A DNA stretch of 64,000 nucleotides. It comes from Octopus vulgaris. Lineage: Eukaryota. Position 1 is the stretch's first letter; each line of letters begins with the position of its first letter. The notes under the pieces are model-generated. The model saw nothing but the letters and a program-made list of their open reading frames with translations, ran no database searches and was not told the DNA's origin. Made by a program: the position numbers and the translations under genes. Shown here piece after piece: positions 57,983 through 64,000 of the stretch. The stretch lies in NCBI GenBank assembly GCA_951406725.2, contig OX597839.1:6014001-6078000 (forward strand), written 5' to 3'.

Positions 57983-58479
57983 GTATATACATATATGTAT
58001 ATATATATATGTATAGTAACCGAAACAGTGTGAAGAACAAGAAGAATGAGGACAGTGGCAAGAAGAGAAAGGCAGCCCAAAACACACCTGCTTCTTTGCC
58101 AATGGTAGCCCCTAATTTTTTGGGTAGTTTTCTTGTTTGTTTGCTTGTTGCTATTTTTTTTTCTATATTTTGCATTCTACACTCTCTCTCTCTCTCAACA
58201 CCATTACACACACGAAAAACGAACATTAATTTTCAGCAAAAACATTAGACAAACTATGAACATAGAGACAGATAACAAAGAAGGAATACCACCACCACCA
58301 CCACCACCACTACCACCACCACAACAACAACAGTAATGAGGACACCAGCAGCAAAGGGGTATCGTTGTCATTGTCATCGCTGTTGTCAGTGTTGTTGTAA
58401 TTATCATCATAACCATCGTTATTATCATCGTCATTGCTAACGATAGAGAAATGTTCTTGAAGGCAAGAAGCTACCAAGG

Positions 58480-59615
58480 AATGACTCCACATTTCAACAG
58501 TGACAAAGGCTAATAGCTGTATGATGATGATGATGATAATGATCGTCATGAGAGTGATGATGATGAAGAGGAGATGACAATGGTAATGATGATGATGATG
58601 TTAATGATGGTGACAATTTTAACTGATGATGATGATGCTACTAAAGTTGGTGATGATGCTCCACATTTCAACAGTGACAAAGCTTAATAGCTATACGATG
58701 ATGATGATGATGATGATGATGGTCATGAGAGTGATGATGATGAAGATGAGATGACAATGGTGATGATGATGATGATGATAATGATGGTGACAATTTTAAT
58801 TGATGATGATGATGATAAATTTGGTGATGGTGATGATGTAAGTGATGATGACGATGTTGATTTTGATGATGTTACTGATGATGATGCTGGTGGGTGTTGA
58901 TGTTGATAATGATGATGATAATGAGGATGCTGATGATAATGATGATGATGTAGCAAGAACAATTAACAGTTCACAACAATAGCAACAAGAAGCTACAAGA
59001 TGATGATGATGATCGTCATGAGAGCGATGATGATGAAGATGAGATGACAATGGTGATGATGATGATGATGATGATGTTAATGATGGTGACAATGTTAATT
59101 GATGATGATGATGCTAATGATAAAGTTGGTGATGATGATGATGATGTGAGCGATGCTGACGATGATTTTGATGATGTTGCTACTACTGATGATGATGGTG
59201 GTGTTGATGTTGATAATGATGATGAGGATGCTGATGATAATGATGATGATGAAGCAAGAACAATTAACAATTCACAACAATAGCAACAAGAAGCTACAAG
59301 ATGATGATGATGATCGTCATGAGAGCGATGATGATGAAGATGAGATGACTACGGGGATGATGATGATGATGTTTATGATGGTGACAGTTCTAATTGATGA
59401 TGATGATGATGTTAATGATAAAGTTGGTGGTGATGATGTCAGTGATGATGATGATGTTGATGATGATGTTGATGATGTTGCTACTGATGATGATGATGAT
59501 GGTGGTGTTGATGTTGATAATGATGATGATGATAATGAAGATGCTGATGATAACAGTGATGATGAAGCAAGAACAATTAACAGTTCACAACAATAGCAAC
59601 AAGAAGCTACAAAAA
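58480..59615. repeat. (GAT)n-rich higher-order tandem repeat of about 300 bp
   Basis: Anchor gcaagaacaattaaca.ttcacaacaatagcaacaagaagctacaa at about 58953, 59254 and 59566. Confidence 0.85.
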
Positions 59616-60981
59616 TGATTCTGAAAAAACTCACACATCAACTCTATGAAAACTACAGTAATACCATTAACCAGTAACAAGAATACACACACAAAAAAAC
59701 CCACAAAATATATAAAACTACTACTGCGACTACTACAAGTAGTAGCAGCAGTCATGGTAGTAGTAATTTAACTACAATAACAACAGTATCAATAATAAAG
59801 ACAATCTTTATAAGTGAAAATTTGCAAACGTAAAATAAGAAATATAACAAAATATATATATAAAAAAAAACATTTTTGAAATGTAAAATAAAGAATTAGA
59901 AAGGAAAAAAAAATATAAGAGAAGTGAAAAAAAAATAACTTAAATGATGAAAAAAAAAAAAAATAAAATAATTTTATTTATTTATTTTTTTTTTTCAAAT
60001 CTATTTTAAAGCCAGCTGCTAAAAGCTATTTTGCCTTTTTATCCATTATCAAATTTGTTCAGTATGAGATTAGAGAAATGTGTGTGTGTGTTTGTGTGTG
60101 GATGTATGTGTGTGTGTGTATGTGTGTGTGTGTGTGTGAGAGTGTGTGTATGTGTGTGTATAACACATGTTCGCATGCTAACATTTATATATGCTTACAT
60201 GTACATTTCCATATATATATATATATACATAAACATACAGACATATATACAGGTGTACATATACATACACACACACACACACATGTATACACACAGATAT
60301 ACATAGACGCAAATGTATACGTATATACACACACACATACACATGTATACATATACATGTATACATGTGTGTGTGTATGTGTTTAAGCATAAAAATGCAC
60401 ACACATCCATGTCAAAATGTATACACATACATATGTACACACATCCATACATAGACGCAAATGTATACATATATACATACATACATACAAATGTATACAT
60501 ATACATGTATATATGTGCATGTGTATGTGTTTAGGCATAAAAATGCATACACATCATGTCAAAATGTATACACATACATATCTACACACATCCATACATA
60601 AATGTATATACATACATATATACACACATTCATATATACGTATATGTATACACATACACACACATATAAATGCTTACACCTACATAGAAATACACACACA
60701 CACATCCATATATACATATACACATGGTCCAATGTACATACATGCATACACACACAGTCACACAATACAATTTCACAGTGAAATAAATATAAGTAAAAAA
60801 TGAATATTTGAAGAGAAACTCAAGGAAAATTCAAACAAGCATGCAGGGAAATTAAAACACAAATTTCAACAATTTTAAATTGAAAAAAAAGGGAGAGAGG
60901 GCAAACGAACCTTAAGAACAAAGGTTTTCACAAAATTAGTAAGAGAAAGTGGAAAAGGAACAATAATTGAGAGCGGAGAAC

Positions 60982-61015
<34 letters not shown>

Positions 61016-61120
61016 CATCGTTTAACGTCCATTTTCCATGCTAGCATGGGTTGGACGGTTCGACTGGGACAAAATGTCACTAAGAATTTTATCTATCATG
61101 CTAATAATAATAATAATGAT

Positions 61121-62153
61121 AGCCCTGATGCAGTAAATGCCCTGATGCAGTACCAGGCAGTGGCTCTCATGGCTTCTGATCTTAACTGATTGGAAGCGTC
61201 ATCATGTACATTGTTTTGTCTTGGTATAAAAGATGGGCTACAGCAAATATTCTGCCCAATACCACAGATTTGCTTGTCAGTTGTTTAACCTTAACCAGTT
61301 GAGCATGTCCCTGAGTGGCTGACGATATGAGCATCTCTGATCAGGAGCAGAAGTAGTGGGGAGCATCATGCCATGATGCAGTACCAGGCAGTGGCTTTCT
61401 GGCTCTGATCTTAACTGACTAGAAGTGTCATCATGTACATTGTTTTGTCTTGGTATAAAAGATGGGCTACAGCAAATATTCTGCCCAATACCACAGATTT
61501 GCTTGTCAGTTGTTTAACCTTAACCAGTTGAGCATGTCCCTGAGTGGCTGACGATATGAGCATCTCTGATCAGGAGCAGAAGTAGTGGGGGAGCATCATG
61601 CCATGATGCAGTACCAGGCAGTGGCTTTCGTGGCCTCTGATCTTAACTGACTAGAAGTGTCATCATGTACATTGTTTTGTCTTGGTATAAAAGATGGGCT
61701 ACAGCAAATATTCTGCCCAATACCACAGATTTGCTTGTCAGTTGTTTGACCTTAACCAGTTGAGCATGTCCCTTAGTGGCTGACGATATGTGCATCTCTG
61801 ATCCCGAGCAGAAGTAGTGGGGGAGCATCATAGCCATGTGTTGAGAGGGATTCTTTGGGGTTTGAATAATTTACCTCTGGAAACATGGGTGTTTCATTCA
61901 ACATCCTTAAACAACCCTTATTCAGGGACCTTTTGAGCGGGATGGGCTACTCAACCTGAAGAAAATTCTAACTGGGCCCCACCTGCAAGGTCATGCACTG
62001 TTTACCTTGATATGAGATCACCATGTCGCGCACACATGGTTGTAATGCATGTGCCTGGTGTACCCTTATCAGACGGGTAGTCATGATGGGTATATTGGGC
62101 TTCGTATATTTTTCCCCAGTGTCACTTTGATGGCATGCACTGCTCTCTCACTC
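61121..62153 (-). mobile_element. Non-autonomous retroelement family D with its 3' 230 bp triplicated, an (ATT)n tail and a long flanking direct repeat
   Basis: Junctions at 61363-61379 and 61593-61609; 89-bp direct repeat at 61017-61105 and 62170-62258. Orientation inferred from the tail. Confidence 0.75.
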
Positions 62154-62533
62154 AATAATAATAATAATAATCGTTTAACGTCCGTTTTCCATGCTAGCAT
62201 GGGTTGGACGGTTCAACTGGGACAAAATGTCACTAAGCATTTTATTCATCATGCTAATGACTGTCAGCACACTGCCTTAATAATAATAATAATGTTTTCT
62301 TTATTAGACACAAGGGCCAAATGCAAGACAAATAAGGACAATACAACATAAGGGACAAGTGGAGTTTGGCACAATTTTATAAATAACTAACAGTTAACAA
62401 TAAAATTTCCCCAAAAGTAGGGAGTTCCTCATGGGGACATCCAAGGAGCCTCATTCATCCTAGTTACCCAAACCACCAAGGGCATCTGCCTCTCTCCTGA
62501 ACTCCTCCAGTTCACAAGCAAATGTTCAGAGTA

Positions 62534-62951
62534 GGCGTAGGAGTGGCTGTGTGGTAAGTAGCTTCTTTACCAGCCACATGGTTCCGGGTTCAGTCCCACT
62601 GCATGGCACCTTGGGCAAGTGTCTTCTACTATAGCCTCGGGCTGACCAAAGCCTTGTGAGTGGATTTGGTAGATGGAAACTGAAAGAAGCTCGTCGTATA
62701 TATGTATATATATATATATATATATGCGTATGTGTGTGTTTGTGTGTCTGTGTTTGTCCCCCTAGCATTGCTTGACAACCAATGCTGGTGTGTTTATGTC
62801 CCTGTTACTTAGCGGTTCGGCAAAAGAGACCGATAGAATAAGTACTGGGCTTACAAAAGAATAAGTCCTGGGGTCGATTTGCTCGAGTAAAGGCGGTGCT
62901 TCAGCATGGCCGCAGTCAAATGACTGAAACAAGTAAAAGAGTAAAAGAGTA
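62534..62951 (+). mobile_element. Full-length tRNA-derived, CORE-like SINE family A
   Basis: Head ggcgtaggagtggctgtgtggtaag (A box) and gggttcagtccc (B box), CORE-like ccttgggcaagt, internal (TA)n(TG)n, 3' tail (gtaaaaga)n. Confidence 0.85.
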
Positions 62952-63750
62952 AGGAAAGAATCCTTTACTCAACCTACTTTTGTTTCACACACTAGCATTA
63001 ATTTATCTAATTCTTCTTGGTTCATTTTAATTAGTGTTATATTTATGAAAAAAAAAAGGTGGGTGGATGAGTAAGAGAATGTGGAGGAGCGGGGGATGGG
63101 TAAATGTACTCAAGCATACATCTATTTAATTTACCACCAACCTATTCTCTCTCTCACACACACACACTCACACACACAGATACAGACACACAGACACTCC
63201 ATACGTAGATATAAATGGCAGTAGATATCCCATTTATATTCCAAAACGAAATTAAACAGCGTAACATTCCGAAAGTTCAAAAGCAGCCCCACCAAAAAAA
63301 AAAAAAAAAAAAAGACTAAAAGGAAAAAGATAAAAGGAAGAAGTTAACATTATTCTAGCAGCTACGTGTGAGCATAAGTGCGCATGCCTGTGAGTGTGTG
63401 TGCATGTGAGTGCACGCGCGTGCGCGCGTGTGTGTGTGTGTAGCAGAAAAGTTATTAAAAGCCCCAGATAGTTTTTCTTAACTGAAGCAGATGCTGACTG
63501 GTAGGCCAATAAATTCTGAGTAAATTCTATTTTTTTCCACTCTCAGTTTTTTTCCTCATCTGATTCATTTCACCGATGTATATGTGTGCTACTATCATCG
63601 GTAAAGGCATGAACATCACAACTTCTTCTTAACACTCTCATTATAATACATAGTATTCAAGAAGTGTAATCCTTTAGCATTCAAATCAGCCATATCCGGC
63701 CCTAATATTCTATAATTTTTTTTTGTTCAAATGGAACAGTCAACCCCAAG

Positions 63751-64000
63751 TATTGGGTTGTCCAGAAAGTCTGTGCCGATTAATACTAGCTTACCCTTCT
63801 ACTTATTTTAGAACATGGTTGAGTCCATAAAATAGGATTTGATTACACCTCCATTTAGAGCACAGTATAAGCTATCTTTTCCTGGAAGAAGATTTATGCT
63901 CCTATAACCTGTGTTAATTCTGTAACCCTTTAAAATGGAAGATAAGAAAGTTCATTTTTGGCACTTGATGCTTTGGGAACCAGACAAAAGTTGCTGCAGC
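63751..64000 (+). mobile_element. Tc1/mariner-type transposon 5' end
   Basis: TA-ttgggttgtccagaaagt TIR-like start; ATG at 63935 gives MEDKKVHFWHLMLWE, resembling mariner transposase N-termini (M..xKxHFRH.L.xxF). Confidence 0.6.

Overview
AT-rich, microsatellite-saturated animal genomic DNA. The SINE families and the (TA)n/(CA)n/(ATC)n/(AAT)n load point to a coleoid cephalopod, most likely Octopus (inference). Almost every entry in the ORF track is a microsatellite artefact. The one real gene is an Eph receptor tyrosine kinase on the minus strand. Six phase-consistent GT-AG exons (51351-51531, 49901-50025, 33219-33430, 11749-11821, 9341-9452, 7648-7715) encode FN3-1, FN3-2, the TM helix and the start of the juxtamembrane region; no ligand-binding or kinase exons were found in the window. 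The introns contain several SINE/non-autonomous retroelement families (my labels A, B, C, D, F, G), CR1- and RTE-type LINE ends, TTAA MITEs, a foldback MITE, a mariner end and minisatellites. Most notable observations: (1) a perfect 59-bp inverted repeat about 115 nt upstream of an Eph splice acceptor whose arms each encode a type I hammerhead ribozyme, so either strand produces a ribozyme preceded by its own antisense copy; (2) further Penelope-type hammerhead motifs, one split by a MITE; (3) head-to-tail multimers in two unrelated retroelement families whose junctions recur at independent loci and are mini-palindromes joining the element 3' end to a complementary internal site; (4) antisense self-insertion of one SINE at about the same site twice; (5) a 130-bp piece of the Eph intron copied into an RTE fragment. 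Repeat boundaries were read by eye and are approximate; no database searches were run.
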